NCBI GenBank assembly: GCA_964016885.1
Contig: OZ024740.1
Coordinates: 235,476,001-235,540,000, forward strand
From: Eledone cirrhosa
Lineage: Eukaryota
Direction of reading: 5' to 3'
DNA: 64,000 nt
The position numbers were made by a program, and so were the translations under genes. The notes below the pieces were generated by a model. That model had not been told where the DNA came from and did not search any database. It worked only from the letters and a program-made list of their open reading frames with translations. Positions 38,253 to 49,856 of this stretch are shown piece after piece (positions within the stretch are counted from its first letter, which is position 1; the number at the start of each line of letters is the position of its first letter).

Positions 38253-39360
38253 CCAGCATCACCCCCACCACCAGCATCACCACCACAGTCACCACCAGCA
38301 TCAGCATCATCACCACACCACCAACATCATCACCACCACCACCACCACCAGCATAATCACCACCACCACCACCAGCATCATCACCACCACCACCAGCACC
38401 GCCATCACCACCAGCACCGCCATCACTGCCACCAACACCACCAGCACCACTGCCACCACCACAACTGCCACCATCACCATCACCGCCACCACCACCAACA
38501 CCATCATCAGCACCACCACAGCATTACTGTTACTACCAACAGCAGCACCACTACTACCATCACTACCACCATCACTACCACCATCAGCACCACCACCACT
38601 GCCACCATCACCATCACCATCACCACCATCATCACCAACACTACCAACAGCACCACCACCACCACCACCACCATCTCCTCCTCCTCCAGCATCACCACCA
38701 CCACAACAGCATTACTGTCACTACCAGTGTCACCACCACCATCTCCTCCTCCACCACCACCACCACCACCATCTCCTCCTCCAGCATCACCACCACCACA
38801 ACAGCATTACTGTCACTACCAGTGTCACCACCACCACCATCTCCTCCTCCACCACCACCACCACCACCATCTCCTCCTCCACCACCACCACCATCTCCTC
38901 CTCCACCACCACCACCACCACCACCACCACCACCACCATCTCCTCCTCCTCCAGCATCACCACCACCACAACAGCATTACTGTCACTACCAGTGTCACCA
39001 CCACCACCACCACCACCACCACCACCACCACCACCATCTCCTCCTCCACCACCACCACCACCATCTCCTCCTCCACCACCACCACCACCACCACCACCAC
39101 CACCACCATCTCCTCCTCCTCCAGCATCACCACCACCACAACAGCATTACTGTCACTACCAGTGTCACCACCACCACCACCACCACCACCACCACCACCA
39201 CCACCACCACCATTTCCTCCTCCACCACCACCACCACCATCTCCTCCACCACCACCACCACCACCACAACAGCATTACTGTCACTACCAGTGTCACCACC
39301 ACCACCATCTCCTCCTCCACCACCACCACCACCACCACCTCCTCCACCACCACCACCACA
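38037..39360 (+). repeat. (CCA)n-based compound microsatellite with higher-order units
   Basis: Recurrent acaacagcattactgtcactaccagtgtcacc and atctcctcctcc blocks within CCA runs. Confidence 0.95.
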
Positions 39361-39954
39361 TGGAGAAATCTCTCTTAGCTTTCCTAATATAATGTGAGGA
39401 GATGCAAGAAGAAGAATATTTGATTATCTGACAAGATCTCGTGAAAATTTGAGAGTGGTAGTGGTTGTGGAGGGAAGAAGTGTTATTGTTGTTGTTGGTG
39501 TTGGTGACAGTGGTGGAGGTGGTGGTGGTGGTGGTAGTGTTGGTGTTGGTGACAGTGGTGGAGGTGGTGGTAGGGGTGGGGGGTGTTATTGTCGGCGTTG
39601 GTGGCGTTGGAGGTGACTTCTCATCACACACATCACATGACATCACATTATATTGTCTAAATGATTCTCTTCTTGCTTTCAGCTAGTTCAGTCCTCTGTA
39701 ATCCACCAGCTCCACCCCGTCACACACACACACACACACACACACACTAACAACAAGTGCCATTATCGATGTCTTGATTTAGCTTTTGTAACACACCATC
39801 TACGCTGTATTTCCTGTTTCTCCACAAGAGCCTGTCTGTCTGTCCACACATCAGTGTCAGTCTATCTCTCTATTGTTGGCATAATTCCATGGTTACTGGT
39901 TCCCAAAGTTACCATCTGTGAGGCATAGTCTGTATATAGGCATGTATATATATA

Positions 39955-40345
39955 TATTATATCAGAGTTTTCCTTCTCCTAGAATTCTGCCTTGACAAAG
40001 GCTAAGGGGTCATCTCTCCCGGTGATTTTGGATGGCCATTGACTCTTAAGAGCTCCTTTGCCTGTTGGTTAAGAGAGTGGGACTGGCTTTGTGCAGTGCC
40101 TTTGCTCACTATAAAAGCTTCACGGCACAGGCATTGCTTTATATCTGGAGATCTCTCTGCACTTGTCGTCACATGGTACCATGGGCCCAGCACTATGTGT
40201 CAATAATTGTCACAAGTGTAGTGTTTGTACCAGAGTTTTCAAGTCGCTGGCTGGACTAAAATGTCACACTCATTCAGCGCATCGGTAGGGGTTCTCCTGC
40301 ATGGATATAAAGTAGTGGCCGTACTCGAAAACGAGTTGGCAGCCA
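39955..40345. mobile_element. Copy of the RTE-5'-UTR-like element with an inverted 5' part
   Basis: 39955-40062 is colinear with 5540-5648; 40063-40345 is the reverse complement of 5195-5477. Confidence 0.7.
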
Positions 40346-40346
40346 C

Positions 40347-41745
40347 CATCATCATCATCATCATCATCAGGTTTAGCATCCGTGTTCCACGCTTGCATGG
40401 GTTTGGACGGGGGTTTTCCCACTTGAGGCAAGAGTGGTTGTCTTGCTCGCATAGGACTGTCTGGCGGGTTTTCTACAGTTGGATGCCCTTCCTAACACCA
40501 ACCACATTTACAGTGTGGGGCTGGGAGGTTTTTACCGTGTTGCCTACACGGCCACATTACAACGTGGACTGTCTGGCGGGTTTTCTACAGCTGGATGCCC
40601 TTCCTAACACCAACCACATTTACAGTGTGGGGCTGGGAGGTTTTTACCGTGTTGCCTACACGGCCACATTTACAGCGTGGACTGTGTGTTTTTTTGTCGT
40701 GACACCTACACGATCTCATTTGTTTCGGCCTGGATGTTGTGGGACCAACATAACTTTACATTGAAAGGGGCGGTGTGGATGGGGTGGAGGTGGTGGGACG
40801 GGGGGGGGGGGTGTTTTGATAGAGATGCCTACTGACTGTAGTAGGTTTTTACTTTGTATTTAGGTAAGGCGGGTCTTCTCTATTACTGAGTACCGCCAAA
40901 GGTCTCGGTCCAGTGACATTGTCTTGGAGAGGTGTAAGCGTGTGAGGTCGGAATTTATCAGCTCGTCCCATGTTTTTCTGGGTCTGCCTACTCCGTGGCT
41001 ACCGTCTATCTTTATTGCCCTGCACTTTGTTATACAGCTGTCATCTTTCATGCGCATCACGTGACCGTACCAACGTAGCCTTCTCTCGAGTAAACAACAT
41101 CTGATCCCTCTTATTTCTAATTTTTTCCTTAGTTCGTTTATGCTTTGCCGTTCACGTATATTACTATTGCACATCCAGCGGAGCATGCAAGCTTCGTTCC
41201 TCTCTAGTCTGCGTATATCCTCTGCACACAATGCCCAGGTCTCACTGCCATGCAGCATTGCTGTTCGTATGCAGGCATCGTATAACCTGCCTTTCATTTT
41301 TAGGGAGAACCCTCTAGCGGCTAATAGTGGTATAAGCACTCTGAACTTTTTCCATCCAGTTCTGACTCTAGCTACTGTACTTTCAGAGCACCCTCCCCCA
41401 CTGCTGATTTTGTCACCCAGGTAATGGAAGTTGTCCACTATTTCTATAGAACCCTCTGCGCAGTTGAAGGAGCTAGTATTTTGTGGGCACTTGCTGCTAC
41501 TTATTGCACCAGAGCACCGGCCACATGTAAAATCTATGTTCTTAGTTAGCTTACCTGTGATCCCACTACATCTTTTATGCACCCATACTTTGCATTTGGG
41601 ACATAAAATGGAGTTTCTACCTACGCCTTTCCTACACACTGAGCATGGCCATTTCCCAGATGGGACTGCCGCCTTATTTTCTTTCCTACAAACTAGAACT
41701 TTAGTCTTAGCCAGGTTAATTTTAAGGCCTTTTGATTCTAGGCCG
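40347..41745 (-). mobile_element. RTE subfamily 2, 3' fragment (PHD finger to tail)
   Basis: ORF 40860-41639 [23 protein letters not shown]...RLRWYGHV; ~110-bp duplication in the 3' UTR. Confidence 0.88.
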
Positions 41746-41900
41746 TGCTATGCTTGAAGGGAAATCCTATTTCTTTTTTATTATAAGTTGAGCCAACTTA
41801 TGCAGCTTCATATGCAAATGAGATTAATCACCTCATTTACACAGACGAGAAAACTCTATATTCTCGGGTGTCTTCTCGTCCAGCAGTCGCAAGCGGTGGG

Positions 41901-41956
41901 AGGGGCCGTCCTGACGAAGGCCAGTTAAGCCTGAAATGCATAGACGTTTGTCCCCC
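41901..41956 (+). ncRNA. Type I hammerhead ribozyme (R1)
   Basis: ggggcCGTC-CTGACGA-AGGC-cagttaa-GCCT-GAAA-TGCA-TA-GACG-tttgtcccc. Confidence 0.85.
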
Positions 41957-42167
41957 TTGCTTCTCCTGGACATCACCAGAGGGTGTTAGCCCCCACCCCC
42001 CTATATATATATAAAAGAAATAGGATTTCGCTTCAAGCATAGCTTTATACAATATGTATAAATATTTCGTATCTCCAAGGAAATACGGTTTTAGGAAGCC
42101 GTAACTATGCAAACATCGGGGAGGGGGGTGGGGGCTAACACCCTCTGGTGATGTCCAGGAGAAGCAA

Positions 42168-42222
42168 GGGGGACAACCGTCTATGCATTTCAGGCTTAAC
42201 TGGCCTTCGTCAGGACGGCCCC
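42168..42222 (-). ncRNA. Type I hammerhead ribozyme (R1)
   Basis: Minus strand: ggggCCGTC-CTGACGA-AGGCcagttaaGCCT-GAAA-TGCA-TA-GACGG-ttgtccccc. Confidence 0.87.
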
Positions 42223-42547
42223 TCCCATCGCTTGCGACTGCTGGACTAGAAGACAGGCGAGAATATATATTTTCTCATCTGTGTCAATGAGGCGATTAAT
42301 CTCATTTGCATATGAAGCTGCATAAGTTGGCTCAACTTATAATAAAAAAGAAATAGGATTTCCCTTCAAGCATAGCTTTATACAGTTAAGCCTGAAATGC
42401 ATAGACGGTTGTCCCCCTTGCTTCTGCTGGACATCACCAGAGGGCGTTACCCCCCCCCCCCCCCCCCTCCCCGGGTGTTTGCATAGCTACGGCTTCCTAA
42501 AACCGTATTTCCTTGGAGATACGAAATATTTATATATATATGTATAT

Positions 42548-42754
42548 ATTTATTAAAATAACAGATTAAAGTTTAAGCAACGAATCGCTGCTTTCACCCT
42601 TAACGGGATCTTCTGAAGGGTGAAAGCAGCGATTCTTTGCTTAAACTTTAATCTGTTATTTTAATAAATATTTGCTCTACGGTTCTTATATATTTGATAT
42701 ATATTTATCCTTATCGAGCCCTCTTTGGATTTTAGTCTTCGAATTTATTATTAT

Positions 42755-42760
<6 letters not shown>
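42548..42760. mobile_element. Fold-back pLTR-like remnant with hammerhead-like CAGAAGA core
   Basis: ~55-bp inverted arms 42548-42601 / 42616-42671 plus extension; same family at 25620-25693. Confidence 0.5.
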
Positions 42761-42819
<59 letters not shown>

Positions 42820-42820
42820 G

Positions 42821-43106
42821 ACAATATGCCCCCACACACCCCACCGAAAGGTGGTCGTGGAGGTGCCACGGCAAAAAAGCACCCAGCCCACACTGTAAAG
42901 TGGACGTGTAGGCGCCACGGAAAAAAGCACCCAGCACTCACTGTAAATGAGGTTGGTGCTAGGAAGGGCATCCAGCTGTAGAAATCAAGCCAAATCAGTT
43001 CCTGTATGAGCAAGGCATGGTCAGCCGACCAGACACTGCCCACAACAGGACAACCCGTCTAACCCATGCTAGCATGGAAGAACGGACGTAAAACGGTGAT
43101 GATGAT
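42821..43106 (+). mobile_element. RTE subfamily 1, 3' UTR only
   Basis: Matches 13360-13655. Confidence 0.8.
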
Positions 43107-43249
43107 ATATATATATAAAAATGAGGTAAATATCTCTCTGAGTACTAAGTACCCATAGAGATATATAGGGTGTCTATAATATAATTGTTGTTCTATGGTA
43201 CTAATTCGTGATACCGCTCATCAATTTATATATATATATATATATATAT

Positions 43250-43656
43250 ATAATAATATATAAGATCAAAAGATGGTTAAAAGAGTTCCATGAATTTTAT
43301 TATGCGCATTTCAAAAACAAATATCATCATGCAATAACATTTGCGTTTTCATCAGATAAAATAGGGAGACATGATATGAAGGTTAAAACACACTTGTGAA
43401 TAGTGCAGTTTTAAATCAACATATTCACAAGTGTGTTTTAACCTTCATATCATGTCTCCCTATTTTATCTGATGAAAACGCAAATGTTATTGCATGATGA
43501 TATTTGTTTTTGAAATGCACATAATAAAATACATGGAACTCTTTTAACCATCTTTTGATCTTATATTATTTATACTCCAGTCCTACAAACTGTAGAGTGC
43601 TTCTTATCCAATATCTGCATTGCTTTATTGTACTACAATAAAACTCACCTCCTACA
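43250..43656. mobile_element. H1 pseudo-LTR fold-back with two hammerheads (43294-43362 minus; 43462-43530 plus)
   Basis: Inverted pair joined near 43420, plus extension. Confidence 0.8.
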
Positions 43657-43979
43657 CATATATATATATATATATATGTGTGTGTAGAGGTGCAAGATAA
43701 TTGCGTCCGTAGGCGGTATGCCAGGTGAGCATTCGATGCTCTCGCAGAGCAGAGTATAATAGTATAAGAATAAAAGAGCAAAGAATCAATGTTGCATCAT
43801 AACATATTTAATAACATTTGACTGGATGAAGGATAGTCGTTGTTTTGTAAATAAACCGATTTTAGGATTGATAAAGAACCAATGAATGAAGACCGCAGAA
43901 TACCACATTGATGGAATGTGGTAAATATAACAAGGATTTGGGAGATATTCACACATCAGGGACGCGCTTACATATTGAA

Positions 43980-44071
43980 GCATATCTGAGGATCTTTCGA
44001 TTCCAGAGTCAGGTTCTATCAATAATAGATCATCCCTCGAGCTGATCGACAGTGAAACATATGTAATATGT
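43980..44071 (+). ncRNA. Type I hammerhead with long stem II, in a pLTR-like insert (43685-44124) with inverted 5' part
   Basis: GCATAT-CTGAGGA-tCTtTCGAT...ATCGAcAGt-GAAA-CATATG-TA-ATATGT; 43760-43816 is an inverted copy of 44068-44124. Confidence 0.7.
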
Positions 44072-44799
44072 TATTAAATATGTTATGATGCAACACTGAT
44101 TCTTTGTTCCTTTATTCTTATACTGGCTGACTGACTACACATGTGTGTTTTTTCTATTTTTTCCTCTTCTCACATTCTATTTCATCTTTTATTTCTCATT
44201 CTATCTTCTGGTGAAGGACTAGTGTGTGAAGTGTTAAGACTCTTTTCCTATTATTTCAAGCATTAAACTAATATATTTCTTCATTGTACTGTGTCATTTA
44301 CTTTGTTATTTCTGTTTACTTTTTACATTATACAGACATATATTGGTGCGTGGCTGAATGGTTAGAGAATTGAATTTGCAATCGTGAAATTGTGAGTTCA
44401 ATTCCTGGACCAGGTGATGTGTTATGTCCTTGAACAAGACGCTTTATTTCACGTTGCTCCTTCTACCTGGAGTTGTGATCGATAGATAGTATTAGCAATT
44501 GGAAAGACCAATGGAAACATTGTTTCATCAGTCCAATTTGACGAAAATCGATCAACTGTCGATATATATGATACCCCCTCTAAAGACCTTAGATATCTTC
44601 ATCATTACATCCTAGTAGCTACTCTCTCTACCCCTTATTACTACTCCTTACCTCCTCATGCTTAACAGGGGTCAGCAAATGACCATAGGAGTGGTAGAAA
44701 ATCATGATGTCTGATTTAAAATTTCTCAATGGCTGAAGCATGGCAGTTATTACAGTTGGTTTCATGCATGCTATATTTAGGTGTTAATTATTGGTTTAT

Positions 44800-45080
44800 A
44801 TTTTAATATTAGTAAAGCTGAATTGAGACATCACAGCTCTTATATCACGGGCATGTAGGTTGGAATATCTCAAGAAAGCATCGCTGGACAGATTTTTTAG
44901 GCAAATCCCATTGGCAGGAGAACCAATGGTAGACCCCAAGCAAGATGGTTGGATAACATCCATCAGCTCAACTGGTTTTAATTGGGTACCCAGTCGGATC
45001 AATTGAAGACAGTTGCTTCTGACGGGACCCACTGGAAGGAATTTTTGATGACTCTGCCTCCACGACTTTCTCAGGAATAA
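44800..45080 (+). mobile_element. Old RTE (Expander-like) C-terminal fragment
   Basis: YHGHV...GRRTNGRPQARWLDNI...WKEFLMTLPPR. Confidence 0.55.
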
Positions 45081-45524
45081 GTTATTCACCTTGTTATTCA
45101 CCTTGTTTTGTGTGATTTTCGATATAGTGTTATCAACCAATGTAACCCTATCTACTTCCTTTTTAGCATGTACTCTATGAAAATGTGTTCTGATGGAGGA
45201 TCCTTGTTGTAAGTGCATGATTAACCCATGGGAAAATGTAAAGTGAACAATGTAAAGTTTTGATCATGAAGTTCACAACATTTATGTTTACATTAAAATT
45301 TAAGCATGAAAAATAGATGTTAAACAGTGATGATGATGATGATGATGATGATATCACATTGGTCATCTGCAGTATGTTGGAATTTGAGGTTATATTCATG
45401 AAAGCTTTAGAGTTATTGTTATTGGTAACTTTATAGTGTTGGTGACATAGATGGCATCTAACCATAAAACACTGCCTCAAAATTCGACCTATCCAACCTA
45501 TGCCAGCATGGACAAGCAGACATA

Positions 45525-45715
45525 AAATAATTGTTTCTACTTTTGGCACAAGGCCAGCAATTACCCAGTGTATTACTGGTACTTTATTTTATCGACCCCC
45601 GTAAGGATGAAAGGCAAAGTTAACCTTGGCGGGATTTGAAATCAGAATGGCAAGGGCCGTAACTCTATGCGTCAAAGCATGGCGCCCAACCCTCTACTGA
45701 TACTGCCAATTCACT
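45525..45715 (-). mobile_element. SINE family 1
   Basis: Reverse complement of 881-1069. Confidence 0.8.
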
Positions 45716-48140
45716 AATGACAACTACATATATCTTTAGCTAAGCAGTTAGATTCTAGAGGGCAGTTATTGATATCATTACAGTCACAAAGCTTGGTGAG
45801 TTGTTAGTTAGTGATATTGTTCTATTTATTAAGCTTAAATGTGTTAGAATATGTTATATAATAGTCCAAGTCTTAGAGAGTGGATGATGATAGTTTGATA
45901 GTATTTTCTAGTGAAATTTATGATTTAAAAGGAAATGCTTTTTAAAAAGTAAAGAAGTTATGAGCTGATGTTATAGCAACTGTGATATTGAATGGGGGTA
46001 ATTACCATGTTTTTTTTTCTGTATTTGATATATTTAATGTAGATTAAGTACAGGTTTTGAATTCAAAGCCTTGTTGTATAAAGAAGTGTTAGCAAATTTT
46101 CCACTATACTTCCTGTACACAGAAAAACATAAAAGATTATCTTTATGCATTTCACCATAGTTATATCTGCATTAAATTTATCTCAAATTTAATATACTCT
46201 GTGTTCATCATCATCATCATTTTCCCTGCTAGCTAGAGTTAGAATGAGTCATCATAGACCACATTAACACTGCCCTCCCAGATGGGCTAGGGGCCTATAT
46301 CTCACTTGCTTACATTCACAGACTCTACCGAGTTCTTTAGTAGGCCAGGAGTCTTCATATCACTTACAAATATTCCCATGATGTATGGGTATTTTATCAT
46401 GACACCAGCATTAGCGAGGTTGTCATGTCTTTGATCCTCTTAAAACATTGTTTGGCAGGTTTTCTACAGCTGGATGTATTTCCTATCACCACCCATATTA
46501 CAGAGTGTACTGGGTGTATTTATCATGTAGATCACCGACGCAATGTAGGATGTCATGTCTTTGACACAACTGAAGAATCATCCCAACGCTGTGTTCTGCA
46601 TAGATATTAATTAATTACATTTCTAAATGAATGCATCTCATCCAAATTAGAGTATCCATTTCAGTAATGTTCTAAATTCTGCTAAAAATCACTTTGTTGG
46701 GGGATGAAGAGACAATAATCTCTAAAAGGCATAACAATAAGCTATTATATTTTTCTGTATACATAAAGAATAGTAGAAAGTGTGTTTACATTTCCAACCC
46801 ATGCTGGCATGGAAAGAGGTGATAACAATAAGGAGGAGGAAGAGGGAGATACACACACACACACACATATATTAAATAGAGGTGTATATGATATGTTTAA
46901 GTATAATAAACATACAAAAATCTTGCTGTAAATATTTTAAGCTGTGATCATGTGATCATGTCACAGCTATCTCAGTAGCCATGTGAGAATGTCAGACACA
47001 TGCTTATGGATTTTTATTCTTTATTTGTGATATCTACACACTTGGTACTGAGACAAGAATAAGCAAAAGCTTATGTTTTTTAGCATATGGAACATTGACT
47101 GGTGATACTCATTTGCATATAGTGTGATTTTGACTGGCTAGGATTTAGCAGTAGCACTAACATGGCTACTTTTGTAGTTCCTAACAAATTGCATTATATG
47201 TTTATATATACACATATCGTTATGTTTTGTTTTGTACTACTGCTAATATATCTGGCAAGTGACTTGATTTGAAGCTGTATATTGAAACTGAAGCAAGTAG
47301 ATTATGGAAGAGTCATTTTGGCCATTTAAAAATCACAGAAATACTTCTTACATTCTTTCTGTTGTATTCACTTTTCATTTATTTTGTACTGTTAACATTT
47401 TTGTTGCACTCTTTGTGACCTGGTCACTGATGCTACACTCCTGTAACTATATAATTTATGTAATATATCACAGAAAGATGGACAGTCCTATCTTCTCAGT
47501 CAACCTCTGGAAATCACTACGATTTTGGTACTTTAAGGTTGATACTGTTCAATCCAGTGCACATTGGCACATAACAAAATAGGTAGAGACAAGTTATGCT
47601 TTAGGCGAATTACTCAAATATAGATGAAAAAGTATCCCGAGTGCATCAACTGACAAAGAAGAGAGAGAACGGTGCACAGTGGCTTAGCCAAAAGAGCAAA
47701 CATCATATAGAAAGGAGAAAAATAGTAAAACAGCTAACAGATGCCATGCGTGAGTCTTGAATTTTTGAACTTACTAAGGAGGAAATAAATAAGAAAATAT
47801 AGGAAGCTCAGATGCAGAAAATAACTATTATAGTCAGTTGCTATAAAATAGTTTGAAAATTCTAACTTCACACATGACGTTTGTTTATATTGTCAAAAAG
47901 CTATTTGATTCAGCTCCTTACTTATGTGAGAAAATGTTATCAAAGATCCCTTAGCTCAATGGTTAGAACACCTAGCTGGTATCTGGGAGATACAGAGTTC
48001 AATTCTTTGTTGCAACCACTGGTAACATTTTTCCATCTCTAGAGGCTTTTACCTGATTTTTATAAGCTATTTTATAGCAGCTGACTGTAATTGAGTTATT
48101 TTCTGCATCTGAGCTTCCTACATCTTATATATATATATAT

Positions 48141-48608
48141 ATGGAAAAAATGAAATTTCATTTCTCACTCTTAGTACGGCTAATACTTAAATATAAGTAT
48201 GTATACGTACATACATATATGTATACAGACGTATAGTAGTATGTATATACATACATACATGCATACACATATATATGTACGTATGGGTTTACCAAACATT
48301 TATTATAATGTTCGGTTTGTTTGTAAACAAACAGCCCGAATTAAGCCTACAGTGTTCGGCAACCATCGTTGCCCTTTTGTTCAACACTGACAAAAGAACG
48401 ATGAACTAGTTTCTAGCTTATTAGCTGTCATCAGCACCGTATACCTTCCTGTCAGTAGATTGAACTTAATTCGGGCTGTTTGTTTATAAGTTTATAATAA
48501 ATGTTCGGTAAACCCATACGTACATATATATATGTGTGCATGTATGTATGTATATACATACTACTATACATCTGTATACATATATGTATGTACGTATACA
48601 TACTTATA
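48141..48608 (-). mobile_element. R2 retrozyme-like copy (48141-48450) with inverted segment (48455-48608); hammerhead at 48398-48440
   Basis: Minus strand: ACGGTG-CTGATGA-C-AGCTaataAGCT-A-GAAA-CTAG-TT-CATCGT. Confidence 0.75.
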
Positions 48609-49856
48609 TATATACACACACACACACAAGTGTATAGATGAGTTGCAGTGGAATTGTGCCAGACACATACACACACACACTCCCAAACATGTGGATATGT
48701 GTGTGTGTGTGTGTGTGTAATCAAAATCTGTTCTGATATACACCATAGCTTAATATATTCTGTTTAATGTTAAGATTTTGTCTCTTACCATTTCTCCCTT
48801 TTGTTATTTTCTACTTTCCTCTGATCATTTCATCTTTATCAGCATGACAACTGAACTTTCCCCTTCTGTCCTAGCCTCCCCTTTCCTACATATTTCTAAC
48901 CAAATTTCAGATATAAATCACAATATAGCTAGTTGTCTTCGTAAATAACCCAAAAAACCTTTCTTTTATTTCATCCCAAAATTCCCTTCATTGCTTCCTC
49001 TAGTCTCTCTCCGTCTCACTCTCTCTCCGTTTTTCTCTCTCTCTGTTTCTATCTTTCTCTCTCTGTCTCACAAATACACAAACACACACACACACAGAGC
49101 TTGCCTCACACCACACCACTCCACTCTACTCGATTATTGATTTTGTTTCCATGGAGTAAGATTATGTGTTTCTTATAGCTGTAAGCTCTACTTATTGCCA
49201 AGCGTGAGGTTTAAGGAAGGCGCGGCAGTCTTGAGGGTCTGTGGAAAGTCTACACAGCAGTGTCTGAAACATAATTCCCCTGTATGATAACAGCTCCTTC
49301 TAGATCTCAAATGAGAAGGTTGCTTAGCTATTCTGTTGCCCAGTAATATATGAGACACTAAACACACTAAGTCTACTAAATTCCCTTCTGTCTAGATCTC
49401 CTTCAAATAACACCCTAAATAAGGCAGTTCTTGAAATATTATTTCTGAATTATATACATCGTAGGTCAGAGCTAACCTAGGGTTAATCAGCAATAGTTAG
49501 ATATAAATATATACTACATATACCTAATATACTAAATACTAGATGTACTAAATACTTTCATTCCTTTACTGGTTTAATTGCAACCATGTTGAGGTCACTG
49601 CTTTCAAAGGTTTAGGTGGTCATACCACCCCTGGTATATATTTCAGTTTGGTTCTTATTTAATTGATCTCTATTTGTCAAACCACTAAGTTGCAGGATAT
49701 ACAGGGGAGCCTTGCAATGTATAGTCCAACCCATGCCAGCATGGCAAGTGGATGTAAAATGTTGATGGTGAAGGGTGTAGTAGAAAACACTTGGTAGTAA
49801 ACTATGATAAAACCATTGATGAGGTGGTTGCAAAACAAACTGCCCCCCACTCTCTA

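Larger units (their letters stand above)
41746..42532. mobile_element. R1 retrozyme-like repeat: partial plus copy (41746-42001), 1.1 tandem minus copies (42014-42383), inverted partial plus copy (42384-42532)
   Basis: agctttatac and upstream sequence recur at 42041 and 42374 (333-bp period); each copy includes hammerhead sequence; no ORF. Confidence 0.8.

Noticed and set aside
38021-39397. Pro-, His- or Thr-rich (extensin- or mucin-like) proteins
   Set aside because: Trinucleotide repeat in which the frames switch with the anchors; no non-repetitive coding context.
40338-40349. Kozak-like GCAGCCACCAT
   Set aside because: Not followed by ATG in any of the three copies; it is the element's end running into a microsatellite.
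44200-44245. Degenerate hammerhead (ctggtga...gaag)
   Set aside because: Several core mismatches and no stem II pairing.
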